64,000 nucleotides of DNA. Origin: Spirochaetia bacterium. GTDB lineage: Bacteria; Spirochaetota; Spirochaetia; SZUA-6; Bin103. Within the stretch, counting starts at the first letter, position 1; every line of letters begins with the position of its first letter. The position numbers and the translations under genes are program-made. Shown one piece after another: positions 34,587 to 45,302 of this stretch. A model generated the notes under the pieces. The model saw only the letters and a program-made list of their open reading frames with translations. It was not told the origin of the DNA and searched no databases. The DNA is taken from assembly GCA_965243555.1 (NCBI GenBank), contig OZ251575.1, positions 864,463 through 928,462 on the forward strand, read 5' to 3'.

Positions 34587-36289
34587 CAGTTGGAGGAGCG
34601 GTCGCGCAGAAACTCACCCAGGGACACCCGGTCCGACTGATCGTCGTCGTGGATGTACTTCACCAGCTCCTGGCGCTCCTCGCGGCGCTGCAACTCGCGC
34701 AACGACAGCGACAGGCGCTGCTTCTCGGCGCTGATCTCGGTGACCACGGCCTTGACCTGGGCGCCCGGCTCCAGCTCCGCGCGCGCCTTGTCGACGCTGC
34801 CGCCGCCGGGGTCGGCAAGCTGGTTGTTGGCGATGAGCCCCTCGATGCCGCCCTGCACGCGCACGAACACCCCGAAGTCGGTCTTGCTGGTTACCTCCCC
34901 CTCGATCACGCTGCCGCGCCGGAAGGCGCGCGTCAGCGCCACCCACGGATCGTCGGAGAGCTGCTTCAGGCCGAGCCGGATGCGGCGCGCCTTCTTGTCC
35001 AGGTCCACCACCGCGACCTCCAGCTCCTGCTCGGTGCGCACCACCGAGGCGGGGTTGCGCACCTTCTTGGTCCACGACATGTCGTCGACGTGCAGCAGGC
35101 CGTCGATCCCCTCCTCCAGTTGCACGAAGGCGCCGTAGCTGGTGATGTTGCGCACGATGCCCTTTACCACCTTGCCGGGCGGGTAGCGCTCCTCGGCGCT
35201 GTCCCAGGGGTTGGGCAGCACGTGCTTGAGGCCCAGCGACAGCTTGCCGCGCTCCAGGTCGTAGGCCAGGATCTTCACCCGCACCTCGTCGCCGTTGCCG
35301 AGGATCTCACGCGGATGGCCGATTTTCTTGACCCACGACATGTCGGAGATGTGCAACAACCCCTCGATGCCGGCCTCGATTTCGATGAACGCGCCGAAGT
35401 CGGTAATCTTGGTCACCTTGCCGGTGACCTGATCCTCGAGCGCGTAGCGTTCCTCGAACGTCGTCCACGGGTCGGGCGTGAAGTGCTTGAGGCTGAGATT
35501 GACCTTCTGCGAGTCGCGGTCGATGCGGATCACCTTGACGTTGACCTCTTCGCCGATCACCACCGCGTCCTTGGGCGACGCCACGTGGCCCCAGCGCATG
35601 TCGTTGACGTGCAGCAGGCCGTCGAAGCCGCCGAGGTCGACGAACGCGCCGAACGAGGTGAAGGTCTTGACCGTGCCGCGGTACACGTCGCCGATCGCCG
35701 CGGTCTCGTAGAACTGGTCGCGCTTCTTCTTGGCCTCGCGCTCCAGCCACGCCTTGCGGTTCAGGACGATGTTCACCTTGCCGCGGTTGTAGAGCTGCTC
35801 CACGAAGAACCGCGTGTCCAGGCCCACGTAGGCGTCTTCGTCGCGCACGCGCATCACGTCCACCTTGGAAAAGGGCACGAAGGCGCGCAGCGCGGCGCCG
35901 AGGTCCACCTCGTAGCCGCCCTTGATCTTGCGGGTGATGCGGCCGGCCACCGGATCGCCGGTCTCGCCGGACTCCTTGAGGGCGCGCCAGATCACCTGCT
36001 CGTCGGCCTTGCGCTTGGACACCACCACCTCGCCGTGGCGGCCCTCCTTGCGCAGCAGCACCACGTTGACCTCGTCGTCCACGTGCGGCGGCTCGCCGAA
36101 CTCGTCAATCGGGATCCGGCCCTCCGACTTGAGACCTACGTCGACAAATACCATTTCGGGGCCAACCTCGATAACGCGGCCGGTGATCAGCTGACCCTCT
36201 TCCACCCGGTCGAGCCGGGTGATGTATTGCTCTTGAAGCTGAGATTCAAAGGACTGGGGCGGAGACACGCCCATTTCCGAGTCGCTCAT
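34586..36289 (-). CDS. rpsA: 30S ribosomal protein S1.
   Basis: Multiple S1 domains (GxV.G.V..I..FGAFV repeated). I trimmed the start to MSDSEMGV... Confidence 0.9.
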   Translation of the reverse strand: MSDSEMGVSPPQSFESQLQEQYITRLDRVEEGQLITGRVIEVGPEMVFVDVGLKSEGRIPIDEFGEPPHVDDEVNVVLLRKEGRHGEVVVSKRKADEQVIWRALKESGETGDPVAGRITRKIKGGYEVDLGAALRAFVPFSKVDVMRVRDEDAYVGLDTRFFVEQLYNRGKVNIVLNRKAWLEREAKKKRDQFYETAAIGDVYRGTVKTFTSFGAFVDLGGFDGLLHVNDMRWGHVASPKDAVVIGEEVNVKVIRIDRDSQKVNLSLKHFTPDPWTTFEERYALEDQVTGKVTKITDFGAFIEIEAGIEGLLHISDMSWVKKIGHPREILGNGDEVRVKILAYDLERGKLSLGLKHVLPNPWDSAEERYPPGKVVKGIVRNITSYGAFVQLEEGIDGLLHVDDMSWTKKVRNPASVVRTEQELEVAVVDLDKKARRIRLGLKQLSDDPWVALTRAFRRGSVIEGEVTSKTDFGVFVRVQGGIEGLIANNQLADPGGGSVDKARAELEPGAQVKAVVTEISAEKQRLSLSLRELQRREERQELVKYIHDDDQSDRVSLGEFLRDRSSN

Positions 36290-36302
36290 AATGCGAACAG
36301 GA

Positions 36303-37001
36303 TTACTCCGGGAGGAAATTGCTGGGGACAAGGCAACAAAGGTTCGCACAAACTTCGGCAACCGTCAAGCGCGAGGTGTCAATCCGCCTGGCGTCCGCCG
36401 CGGGGCGCAGCGCGCCCACCGGTTTGCGCCGGTCGCGGCGGTCGCGGTCGGCGAGCGACGCCGCCACCTGCGCCACGCGCGCCGGCCCGGCGCGCGGCCC
36501 GGGAACGGCCTCCGCGGCGCCGCGCTGGCGGGCGCGGCGCGCCGCGCGCACCTCCGGCGCGGCGTCCAGAAACACCTTGAGCACCGCGCCGGGAAACACC
36601 TCGGTGCCGACGTCGCGGCCTTCCATCACCCACCGGCCGCGCCCGGCGGTCGCCCGCAGCACGCGGTTTACCGCCGCCCGCACGCCGGGAATGGCGGATA
36701 CCTGCGCCACGCGGCGGTCCACCGCGGCGACGTGCAGCCCCGCGCTCAGGTCGCGGCCGTTGGCGCGCACCGCGCTGCCGGCCACCTCCCAGCGCACTGA
36801 CCGCACCAGGGCAACCACCTCCGCTGCCGGCGCCTCCGCGCCCAGGCGCTCCAGCACCAGCCGGGTGACGCCGCGGTACAGCGCGCCGGAACTGATCCAC
36901 GGCACGCCGAGGCGCCGCGCCAGGCACGCCGCGGCGGTGGTCTTGCCGCAGCCGGAGGGTCCGTCGATGGCGATTACCGGCACCGGCGATTCAGAAACCA
37001 T
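36303..37001 (-). CDS. cmk: Cytidylate kinase.
   Basis: P-loop IAIDGPSGCGKTT. The classic cmk-rpsA adjacency. Confidence 0.85.
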   Translation of the reverse strand: MVSESPVPVIAIDGPSGCGKTTAAACLARRLGVPWISSGALYRGVTRLVLERLGAEAPAAEVVALVRSVRWEVAGSAVRANGRDLSAGLHVAAVDRRVAQVSAIPGVRAAVNRVLRATAGRGRWVMEGRDVGTEVFPGAVLKVFLDAAPEVRAARRARQRGAAEAVPGPRAGPARVAQVAASLADRDRRDRRKPVGALRPAADARRIDTSRLTVAEVCANLCCLVPSNFLPE

Positions 37002-37741
37002 GCCACCTCGCGCGCGGTCAACGGCCGCCAGCCGCCGGGCGCCAGGCCGCGCAACGTCACCGGCCCCACCCGTACCCGGGTGAGGCGCAGCACCTGCAGG
37101 CCGGCGCTGCCCAGCACGCGGCGAATCTCGCGGTTGCGGCCCTCGGTCAGGGTCAGCGTCACGCGCGCGCCGGGCTCCAGCCGGTAGCCGGCCAGCCGGT
37201 AGGTGACGCCGCCGATGCGGCAGCCGGCGCGGTATTCCTCCAGTACCGCCGCCGGCACGCGGCGGTCGGTGACCACGTCGTACTCCTTCTCCACCCCGAA
37301 GCGCGGGTGGGTGGCGCGCACCGCGAGCTCACCCTGGTTGGTAAACAGGATCAATCCCGCGGAGTCCAGGTCCAGCCGCCCGGCGTGGAACAGGCGCCCC
37401 GCGCCGGCCGGCAACAGGGAGCGGGCCAGCGGCCGCCGGCCGGGGTCGCGGTTCGAGCACAGGTAGCCGGGCGGCTTGTGCAGCGCCAGCGAGCAGGGCG
37501 CCGCGGCCGCGGTGACCTCCCGGCCGTCGACCGTCACCCGGTCGCCGGCCCCTACCCTGCTCCCCTGCGCCACCACCGGCTCACCGTTCACCGTCACCCG
37601 CCCGGCGGCGATCAGGCGCTCGCCGGCGCGCCGCGACGCCACTCCCGCGCGCGCCAGGAACACCTGCAGCCGGGCGCCCCGGTTGCGTTCCGCGCCGCCC
37701 CCGCCGGCGCCGCTTGCGCCGCCCGCCGCGGCGTCACTCAT
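36974..37741 (-). CDS. rluB: rRNA pseudouridine synthase of the RluB/RsuA family, with an N-terminal S4 domain.
   Basis: RLQVFLARAGVASRR (S4 domain) and HAGRLDLDSAGLIL (catalytic Asp motif). The scpA-scpB-rluB context supports the assignment. Confidence 0.75.
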   Translation of the reverse strand: MSDAAAGGASGAGGGGAERNRGARLQVFLARAGVASRRAGERLIAAGRVTVNGEPVVAQGSRVGAGDRVTVDGREVTAAAAPCSLALHKPPGYLCSNRDPGRRPLARSLLPAGAGRLFHAGRLDLDSAGLILFTNQGELAVRATHPRFGVEKEYDVVTDRRVPAAVLEEYRAGCRIGGVTYRLAGYRLEPGARVTLTLTEGRNREIRRVLGSAGLQVLRLTRVRVGPVTLRGLAPGGWRPLTAREVAWFLNRRCR

Positions 37742-38402
37742 CGGCGGCCCGGAACCGGGCGCGGTCGGCGTCGGTCAGCTTCGGCAGGTCGGCAATTGAG
37801 GTCAGCCCGAACACCCGCAGAAACTCCGCCGAGGTGCCGTACTGGATTGGCCGCCCCGGCGCCTCCTTGCGCCCCACCTCGCGTATCAGGTCGCGCTCGC
37901 CGAGCATGCGGATCATGGCGTCCGGCGACACCCCGCGAATCGTCTCGATTTCGCTGCGGGTGACCGGCTGCGAGTAGGCGATGATCGCCAGGGTCTCGAG
38001 CGCCGCGCGCGACATCCGGCCCTGCGACAGGCGCCCGTAGTGGGGCCGCAGCCACGGCCACAGCTCCGGTTTCGGCACCAGCGCGTAGCCGCCGGCCACC
38101 TCCAGCACCTGCACGCCATGACCGCGCCCGGCAAAGCGCCGCCGCACCTCGGCCACCGCCTCCTGCGCCGCGGCTACCGCCAGCCCGGTGAGCCGCGCCA
38201 ACCGTTCCGCGCTCTGCGGCTCCGGCTCCAGGAACAGAATCGCCTCCACCAGGCGGCTTTGCTCCTCCGCCCCGCCCGGCGCCGCCGCGCCCGCCGCCGG
38301 CTGCGGCGCGGCGGCGCCGCCGGCGGTGGGCGCCGCTACGGGTTCCGGCGCGCGGCCCCCGTTGGCGGCGGCGCGCTCCGCCGCGCTCCCGGCGGCGCTC
38401 AC
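37734..38402 (-). CDS. scpB: Segregation and condensation protein B.
   Basis: ScpB-typical wHTH motifs IEAILFL and PVTRSEIE.IRGV. Downstream of scpA. Confidence 0.85.
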   Translation of the reverse strand: MSAAGSAAERAAANGGRAPEPVAAPTAGGAAAPQPAAGAAAPGGAEEQSRLVEAILFLEPEPQSAERLARLTGLAVAAAQEAVAEVRRRFAGRGHGVQVLEVAGGYALVPKPELWPWLRPHYGRLSQGRMSRAALETLAIIAYSQPVTRSEIETIRGVSPDAMIRMLGERDLIREVGRKEAPGRPIQYGTSAEFLRVFGLTSIADLPKLTDADRARFRAADE

Positions 38403-39310
38403 TCGTTGCCCGCCGCGCCGCCCGCGCCGCCGGCGCCGGCCGCCGGCCGCCCGCGCCGCACGGTAATCGCCGCGAACGGCTGGCGCTGCACCACCACGAT
38501 CGCCTGCGCCTTGGCCAGCTCCAGCACGGCCCAGAACGCGCAGATGATCTCAATGGCGGAACCGCCGCGCACCAGTTCCGAGAATGCAAACGCCGCGCTC
38601 CGCGCCAGCCGCTCGTGCACCAGGGCCACCTTCTCCTTGACGGTAAACTCCTCGTACAGGCTGGTGAACCGTTCGCCGCCGATCGCCGCCACGATCTCCC
38701 GGAACGCCGCCAGCAGTTCATCCGGGGAAAGCCGCACCTCCTCCGGCTCATGGTTCACTACCGACTCCGGCAGCAGCCGCGGCGCGGAGCGGGTAATGAT
38801 CCAGTGCGCCTGCCGTTGCTGCTCGGCCAACGCCTCGCTCAGACGCTTGAAGCGCTGATACTCCAGCAGTTGCTCGACCAGCTCCCGGCGCGGGTCCTCG
38901 TACGGCTCGTCGGAATCGTACGGCAGCGGCAGCAGCATGCGCGACTTGATCTGCAGCAGGGTGGCGGCCATCACCCGGAAGCGGGTCAGGTCTTCGAGGC
39001 GCTGCTGCGCCGGGGCGCCTCCCGCCGGCTCCGCGGCGCCGCGCTGCCGGCCGGCGGCCGCCAAGTGGTGCAGGTACTGATCGGTGATGGTGGCAATCGG
39101 AATGTCGTAGACGTTCACTTCGGCGCGTTGGATGAGCTGCAGCAGCAGGTCGAGCGGCCCCTCGAAGTCCCCGAGGTGAAAGCTCACCTCCGTGCCGCCG
39201 CCGTTCGCGCCGCCCGCGGAGCCTGCGCCGCCGCCCGCCGCGGCCGGCGCCCCGAACGGAAGTTCCGGGGCGGCGCGGCCGTTGCCCTGATCGTGCGGCG
39301 CTGCCGGCAT
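38399..39310 (-). CDS. scpA: Segregation and condensation protein A.
   Basis: FEGPLDLLLQLI..EVNVYDIPIA.ITDQY, the ScpA N-terminal signature. Confidence 0.8.
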   Translation of the reverse strand: MPAAPHDQGNGRAAPELPFGAPAAAGGGAGSAGGANGGGTEVSFHLGDFEGPLDLLLQLIQRAEVNVYDIPIATITDQYLHHLAAAGRQRGAAEPAGGAPAQQRLEDLTRFRVMAATLLQIKSRMLLPLPYDSDEPYEDPRRELVEQLLEYQRFKRLSEALAEQQRQAHWIITRSAPRLLPESVVNHEPEEVRLSPDELLAAFREIVAAIGGERFTSLYEEFTVKEKVALVHERLARSAAFAFSELVRGGSAIEIICAFWAVLELAKAQAIVVVQRQPFAAITVRRGRPAAGAGGAGGAAGNE

Positions 39311-39331
39311 CCGCGGGCGCTCGAGCGCTCT

Positions 39332-40417
<1,086 letters not shown>

Positions 40418-40507
40418 CAGATTCCTCCTGGGGCTGCCACCGAACCGGCGTGCCGGTCACGTGCGGTTGCAGCCCGACTGTGATGGCAATGACAACGGCG
40501 CGGCGTT

Positions 40508-40560
40508 GCCGGTGCTTCTAAAATAGTGAAAATAGTTTCGGCGCGGCGGGCCGCGGCCTC
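40508..40560 (-). terminator. Putative intrinsic terminator downstream of rpe. On the minus strand it reads as a GC hairpin followed by a U-rich tail.
   Basis: Minus strand: GGCGCcga-GGCCGCGGCC-cgccGCGCC, followed by GAAACUAUUUUCACUAUUUU. Confidence 0.35.
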
Positions 40561-40634
40561 GGCGCCGCATGATAGGCCGGCCCCCCGCGCGCGGTCAATG
40601 CGGGCGCTCACTCACTCACCCAACGCGGCGCGCG

Positions 40635-41345
40635 TCAGCCCTCCCCGGCGCCGGCGAGCGCGCGCAGCGCGGCGCCCGGCTGCGCGGCGCCGTAGAAGGC
40701 GGTGCCGGCCACCAGTACGTCGGCGCCGGCGCGCCGCGCCCGCGCCGCGGTCGCCGCGTTGATGCCGCCGTCGACCTGGATCAGGAACGAGGCCGCGGCG
40801 GCCTGCCGCAGGGCCGCCACCGCGCCCACCTTCTCCAGGCAGCGGGGAATGAGCCGCTGGCCGCCGTATCCGGGATTCACCGTCATCACCAGCACCAGGT
40901 CCGGGAGGTCGAGCACCTCGCCGAGCAGCGCCGCCGGCGTGGCCGGCACCAGCGCCACCCCGGCGCCAACCCCCGCCGCACGGATTTCCTGCAGGGTACG
41001 GTGCACGTGCGTGGCCGCCTCCAGGTGGAAAGTGATGAGGTCGGCGCCCGCCTCCGCGAACGCCGCCACGTGGCGCTCCGGGTGGCAGGTCATCAGGTGG
41101 ACGTCGAGCAGCAGGTCGGTGCGGCGGCGGAGGGCAGCCACGGTCTGCGCGCCAAAGGAAATGGGCGGCACGAACACGCCGTCCATCACGTCGAGGTGCA
41201 GCCAGCGCGCCCCGGCCTCGGCTGCGCGGGCCGCGGCGGCGGCCAGGTCGGCGCCGTCCGCGGCCAGAATGGAGGGCGCCACCACCGGGAGCGGCGGCCG
41301 ACCGGCGGGCGGCAGGAAGGGGCGCAGGCGCTCGGCGCGGCTCAT
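40635..41345 (-). CDS. rpe: Ribulose-phosphate 3-epimerase.
   Basis: PSILAAD..L, HLDVMDG.FVP, and VMTVNPGYGGQ motifs. I trimmed the start to MSRAER... Confidence 0.85.
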   Translation of the reverse strand: MSRAERLRPFLPPAGRPPLPVVAPSILAADGADLAAAAARAAEAGARWLHLDVMDGVFVPPISFGAQTVAALRRRTDLLLDVHLMTCHPERHVAAFAEAGADLITFHLEAATHVHRTLQEIRAAGVGAGVALVPATPAALLGEVLDLPDLVLVMTVNPGYGGQRLIPRCLEKVGAVAALRQAAAASFLIQVDGGINAATAARARRAGADVLVAGTAFYGAAQPGAALRALAGAGEG

Positions 41346-41443
41346 GGCGGCGCCATGGTAGCGGGGTTGGCGCGGCCCGGACAACCCGCGTTGACCGGCC
41401 GCGCCCGCGCGGTGTAGGCTGCCGCCGATAGCGCAAACCCCAC

Positions 41444-42469
41444 ATGACCGACCAGCAGCTCACGTTCGACGAGAACGACATCGCGCACTTGGTCAACGGT
41501 GCGTACGACCGGTTGCGAGACGGAGAATATGGGGAGGCCGCCGCGTTGCTGGAGCGCGCCCTCGAACTCGACCCGGAGTACGAGGGAGTGAGCGTTACGC
41601 TCAAGTGCGTGCGCTTCTGGGAAGAGCGCCGGCAGCGGCTGGAGGAAATCGAGTCGAGCGCCGACCGGGCGGTGTATCTGCTGGAGCAGTGGACTTCGTT
41701 CCGCGGCTTTGCGGCGCGCATTGGGGAACTGCCGGAGCGATGCTACCAGGACGTCAAGCACCACGTGCACGCCAGCGCCGTCGCCTGGCTGCTGCAGACC
41801 TCCGCCGCGGACCTGCCGCCGGCCGCGGCTGCCGCGCATTATCTGCGGCCAAGCGCGCAGACCCGGCGGCTGCTGCTCATTGGCCACTCCTTCAAGGCGA
41901 TGGGCGACTTCGCCAACGCCGTCCGCTGCCTGGAGCAGGCGCGCGGCGCGGAGGCCGGCTGGGCGCCGCTGCTGGCCGAGCTCGCCGACTGCTACTCACT
42001 GATCGAAGAGACCCGCGCCGCCAAGATCTTCTTTCGCGAGGCCTTTTTCCTGGGGGCCGCGGAGATCCCGGTGGAGGAGCTGGAGTCGCCCATGATCCGG
42101 CGCCTGGTGAGCGCCGTGAAGGATGCCGGAGTGACCCGCGGCGTGCGCGAGTGGGTGCCGGTCTACGGCGTCCTGTTGGGGGCGTTCAGCATCACGCGCG
42201 AACTCACCGCCCTGGAATACGGGAAGCTGCGGCAGTCGATCTTCGAGCTGGAGCAGGGGCTCGGCGTCAAGGCCACGCCGGACGGGCTCACGGTGGCGGC
42301 CGCGCCGCCGGAGGACGCGCAGGCCGCCCTGATACCGCGTTTGATCTACCGCTACTTCTGGTTGATCGAACACTACCGGGCCGCCGGTGAGGACGCCGCC
42401 AAGGTGGAAGAAGTATTGCGCCGCGTCAAGGTGCTCGACGCGGGCGTGCATCAACGCTACGTCAGTTAG
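41444..42469 (+). CDS. Hypothetical helical protein (341 aa).
   Basis: Clean plus-strand ORF. A possible sigma70-like promoter (TTGACC-N18-TAGGCT) lies upstream. No recognisable domain. Confidence 0.5.
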   Translation: MTDQQLTFDENDIAHLVNGAYDRLRDGEYGEAAALLERALELDPEYEGVSVTLKCVRFWEERRQRLEEIESSADRAVYLLEQWTSFRGFAARIGELPERCYQDVKHHVHASAVAWLLQTSAADLPPAAAAAHYLRPSAQTRRLLLIGHSFKAMGDFANAVRCLEQARGAEAGWAPLLAELADCYSLIEETRAAKIFFREAFFLGAAEIPVEELESPMIRRLVSAVKDAGVTRGVREWVPVYGVLLGAFSITRELTALEYGKLRQSIFELEQGLGVKATPDGLTVAAAPPEDAQAALIPRLIYRYFWLIEHYRAAGEDAAKVEEVLRRVKVLDAGVHQRYVS

Positions 42470-42489
42470 TATACTATTGGAGTAACACC

Positions 42490-45252
42490 ATGCCGGAAAC
42501 GAAGCCAGACACCATGCCCGACACGAAGCCGGATACCATGCCGGATACCCTCGCCAGCCGAATCGGGGAGATGATCAACGAGGAAAAGTGGACGCGTACC
42601 GACCTGTCCGAGTACTCGATATCGAATTTCCATACGTTCGACGAGACGCTCAAGCAGATCTTCGCCGAAGAGATACCGGACGAAGCCCAGGAGATCTGCG
42701 AGGAGCATCTGCAGACCTCCCGCGACAGCGTGATCGGTCTGTACCTGGCCGGCATCATCGCGCTCAGGAAGCGCATCGTCGACGACTCCAATCTGGTCGT
42801 GCTGACCAACATGTTCGTCGACAGCGAGAAGTGGAACATCGTCGAGTATCTGTGTCAACAGATTCTGGAGTATGGCGAGAACAAGTTTGCGCTGCGCACG
42901 CTGGCCGACACCTACGCCCGGAAGAACGATCAGGAGAACCAGTATGAAATACTGGAGCGCCTCATCAAGGTAGACTACGAAGAAGCCGACACGGTGCGCC
43001 GGCTGGCTGAAAAGCGGGAGCAGGACGGCGACCTCGACGGCGCCCTCGCCTACTACAAGAAGGCGCTGCACCGCTACATCAACCGGCGCCAGTTCTCGCA
43101 CGTGCGGCAGATGTGGGAAAAGGTCATTGAGTTCGAGTCGGAAGACCTGGAGGGCCTGATGCAAATCGAAAGCAAGGTGGTGCGGACGCTGGGCGGGGAC
43201 CGCGCCATCACCCTGCTGGAGATGCTCTACCCCTACTACCGGGAACAGGACAACTGGACCGCTTCGGCCGACATATTGAAACGGATCCTCAATCACGACC
43301 CCAAGAAAAACGGCGCGCGCGCCGAGTTGGTGGACGTGTACACCAACCGTTACGCCGGCCACAGCCATCTGCAGGAGTACCTCAAGCTCTCCAACCTGAA
43401 TCAGTCGTGGCGCAACGTGCAGGACGCCATTGCCGACTTCGAGAAGCACATCAGCTTTGACGAAGGCAACTACGTGTTCCATCGCACCTGGGGATTGGGG
43501 CGGATCAAGGAAATCAAGGACGACCTCTTCACCATCGACTTTCTGAAGAAGCGTGGTCACCAGATGTCGCTGAAAATGGCGGTGAACGCGCTCCACATTC
43601 TCGACGGCGAGCACATCTGGGTGCTGCGCGCCACGGTGCCGCGCGACAAGCTCAAGGCGCGGGTCAAGGCGGAACCGGAGTGGGCGCTGCGCGTCGTGAT
43701 AAAGAGCTTCGACAACGCCGCGGACATGAAGCGGGTCAAGGCCGAGCTGGTGCCGCGCATCCTCACGCCCGCGGAGTGGACCCGGTGGAGCACCGACGCG
43801 CGCCGCATCCTCAAGACCAACGCCTGGTTCGGGACCGTGAGCGGCAAGCTCGATCACTACACGGTGCGGGAGCGGGAGATTACCTTCGAGGAGAAGACCT
43901 ACAACACCTTCCGCACCGACAAGAGTTTCTTCAACCGGGTGCAGACCCTGCACGAGTTTCTGGACCACACCGAGGGTGAGTCGGAGTACCTCGGCGAGAT
44001 GTTCGAGTACTTCGTCGGATTCTTGCGGGCGCCGTCGGCGCAGGCCGAGAACAACCTCGCCAGTTTTCTGATCGTGGAGAAGCTGATCGCCGCGCATCCG
44101 CATCTGAATCCCGGCGTACCCGTTCAATTTCGCGAGCTGTTCTCGCAGGTGGAGGACCTCGAGGAGGTGTTCGGCGCGCTCGACGGAGCCGGGCTCGCCA
44201 AGGAGTTCCTGGCCCACGTGCGCGCCGACATCGGGGCCTGGCCGCACGTCTACGCCCGCATCTTCCTGTTCTATCCGGCGCGTCAGATTCTCGACGAGCT
44301 CACGACCAACGAGCAGACCGACGTGGTGGCCGAGCTGATCGCCGACATCGTCGACGACTACCGCGACTACCGTTTGCCGTTCGTGTGGATGGTGCGCAAC
44401 GACAACGGCGCCGGCTGGCTGCGCGAGCACGGCGTCAAGGACGAGAAGATCATGATCGGCATGATTCATCTGCTCGATCTGACCTACCGCGACATCGGCA
44501 ACCGGCGCGACGTTCCGGCGAACCGCAAGCTGAACCGCCAGATCTCCGACTATCTGTTCAAGGAAGGCAATCTCAACGACTACATTGGCGCCATTGACTC
44601 GGCAAGCGAGGAGTCCATTGACCGCATCTACACGCTGGTGGCGGACGTCAAGGAGCTCGATCCTTCGGTCAAGCTGAACGTGCGCCAGCACATCAAGGAG
44701 AAGTTTCCGGCGTACCGGTTCGACGACGAGGCGGTCCGGGACAGCGTGCGCAGCGGCCTGCTGGTCACCCGCTTCGGCTACGAAAACCGGCAGCGCGAAT
44801 TGCGCCAGATTCTGGAAGATGAGATACCGGAAAACTCCAAGGAAATTGGAATCGCGCTGCAGAAGGGAGATCTGCGCGAGAACGCCGAATACAAGGCCGC
44901 GTTGGAGAAGCAGGAGCAACTCAAGAATGCCGTTTCCCGGCTGCAGGAGGATCTGCAGAACGCGCAGATCTTCGACCTGGCGGAGGCCAACGACTCGGTG
45001 ATTTCGTTCGGTACCGAAGTGCGGCTCACCAACGTCGACAGCAATACCAGCGAGCGCTACGTGATCCTCGGGCCGTGGGAGTCGGACCCGGAGCACAACG
45101 TCATCTCCTATCTGTCGCCGCTCGGCGCCAAGCTGTGGCAGCACCGCGCCAACGACGAGCTGCAGTTCACGATCAACGACAAGGACTTTCACTACCGCAT
45201 CGAGCGCATCGACAAGGTAACCGAGGAGCGCTTGCCGGGGCGCTCCGGCTAA
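42490..45252 (+). CDS. Giant GreA/GreB-family protein (920 aa): a ~770-aa N-terminal extension plus a C-terminal GreA coiled-coil and FKBP-like domain.
   Basis: The C-terminus is GDLRENAEYKAA...(coiled coil)...ERYVILGPWESDPEHNVISYLSPLG (Gre signature). The N-terminus begins with the MP(E/D)TKPDT x3 repeats. Confidence 0.7.
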   Translation: MPETKPDTMPDTKPDTMPDTLASRIGEMINEEKWTRTDLSEYSISNFHTFDETLKQIFAEEIPDEAQEICEEHLQTSRDSVIGLYLAGIIALRKRIVDDSNLVVLTNMFVDSEKWNIVEYLCQQILEYGENKFALRTLADTYARKNDQENQYEILERLIKVDYEEADTVRRLAEKREQDGDLDGALAYYKKALHRYINRRQFSHVRQMWEKVIEFESEDLEGLMQIESKVVRTLGGDRAITLLEMLYPYYREQDNWTASADILKRILNHDPKKNGARAELVDVYTNRYAGHSHLQEYLKLSNLNQSWRNVQDAIADFEKHISFDEGNYVFHRTWGLGRIKEIKDDLFTIDFLKKRGHQMSLKMAVNALHILDGEHIWVLRATVPRDKLKARVKAEPEWALRVVIKSFDNAADMKRVKAELVPRILTPAEWTRWSTDARRILKTNAWFGTVSGKLDHYTVREREITFEEKTYNTFRTDKSFFNRVQTLHEFLDHTEGESEYLGEMFEYFVGFLRAPSAQAENNLASFLIVEKLIAAHPHLNPGVPVQFRELFSQVEDLEEVFGALDGAGLAKEFLAHVRADIGAWPHVYARIFLFYPARQILDELTTNEQTDVVAELIADIVDDYRDYRLPFVWMVRNDNGAGWLREHGVKDEKIMIGMIHLLDLTYRDIGNRRDVPANRKLNRQISDYLFKEGNLNDYIGAIDSASEESIDRIYTLVADVKELDPSVKLNVRQHIKEKFPAYRFDDEAVRDSVRSGLLVTRFGYENRQRELRQILEDEIPENSKEIGIALQKGDLRENAEYKAALEKQEQLKNAVSRLQEDLQNAQIFDLAEANDSVISFGTEVRLTNVDSNTSERYVILGPWESDPEHNVISYLSPLGAKLWQHRANDELQFTINDKDFHYRIERIDKVTEERLPGRSG

Positions 45253-45302
45253 GCCGTTCCGGCCGCCAAGGCGAGGGCCGCTCCGGGGCGGGGCCGCTCC
45301 GC

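Noticed and set aside
33874-34617. The N-terminal ~250 codons of the track ORF 33202..34617.
   Set aside because: An Arg/Gly-rich out-of-frame overlap with the TPR-protein gene. Only the C-terminal ~223 codons, from the TTG at 33873, have lipoprotein-like composition.
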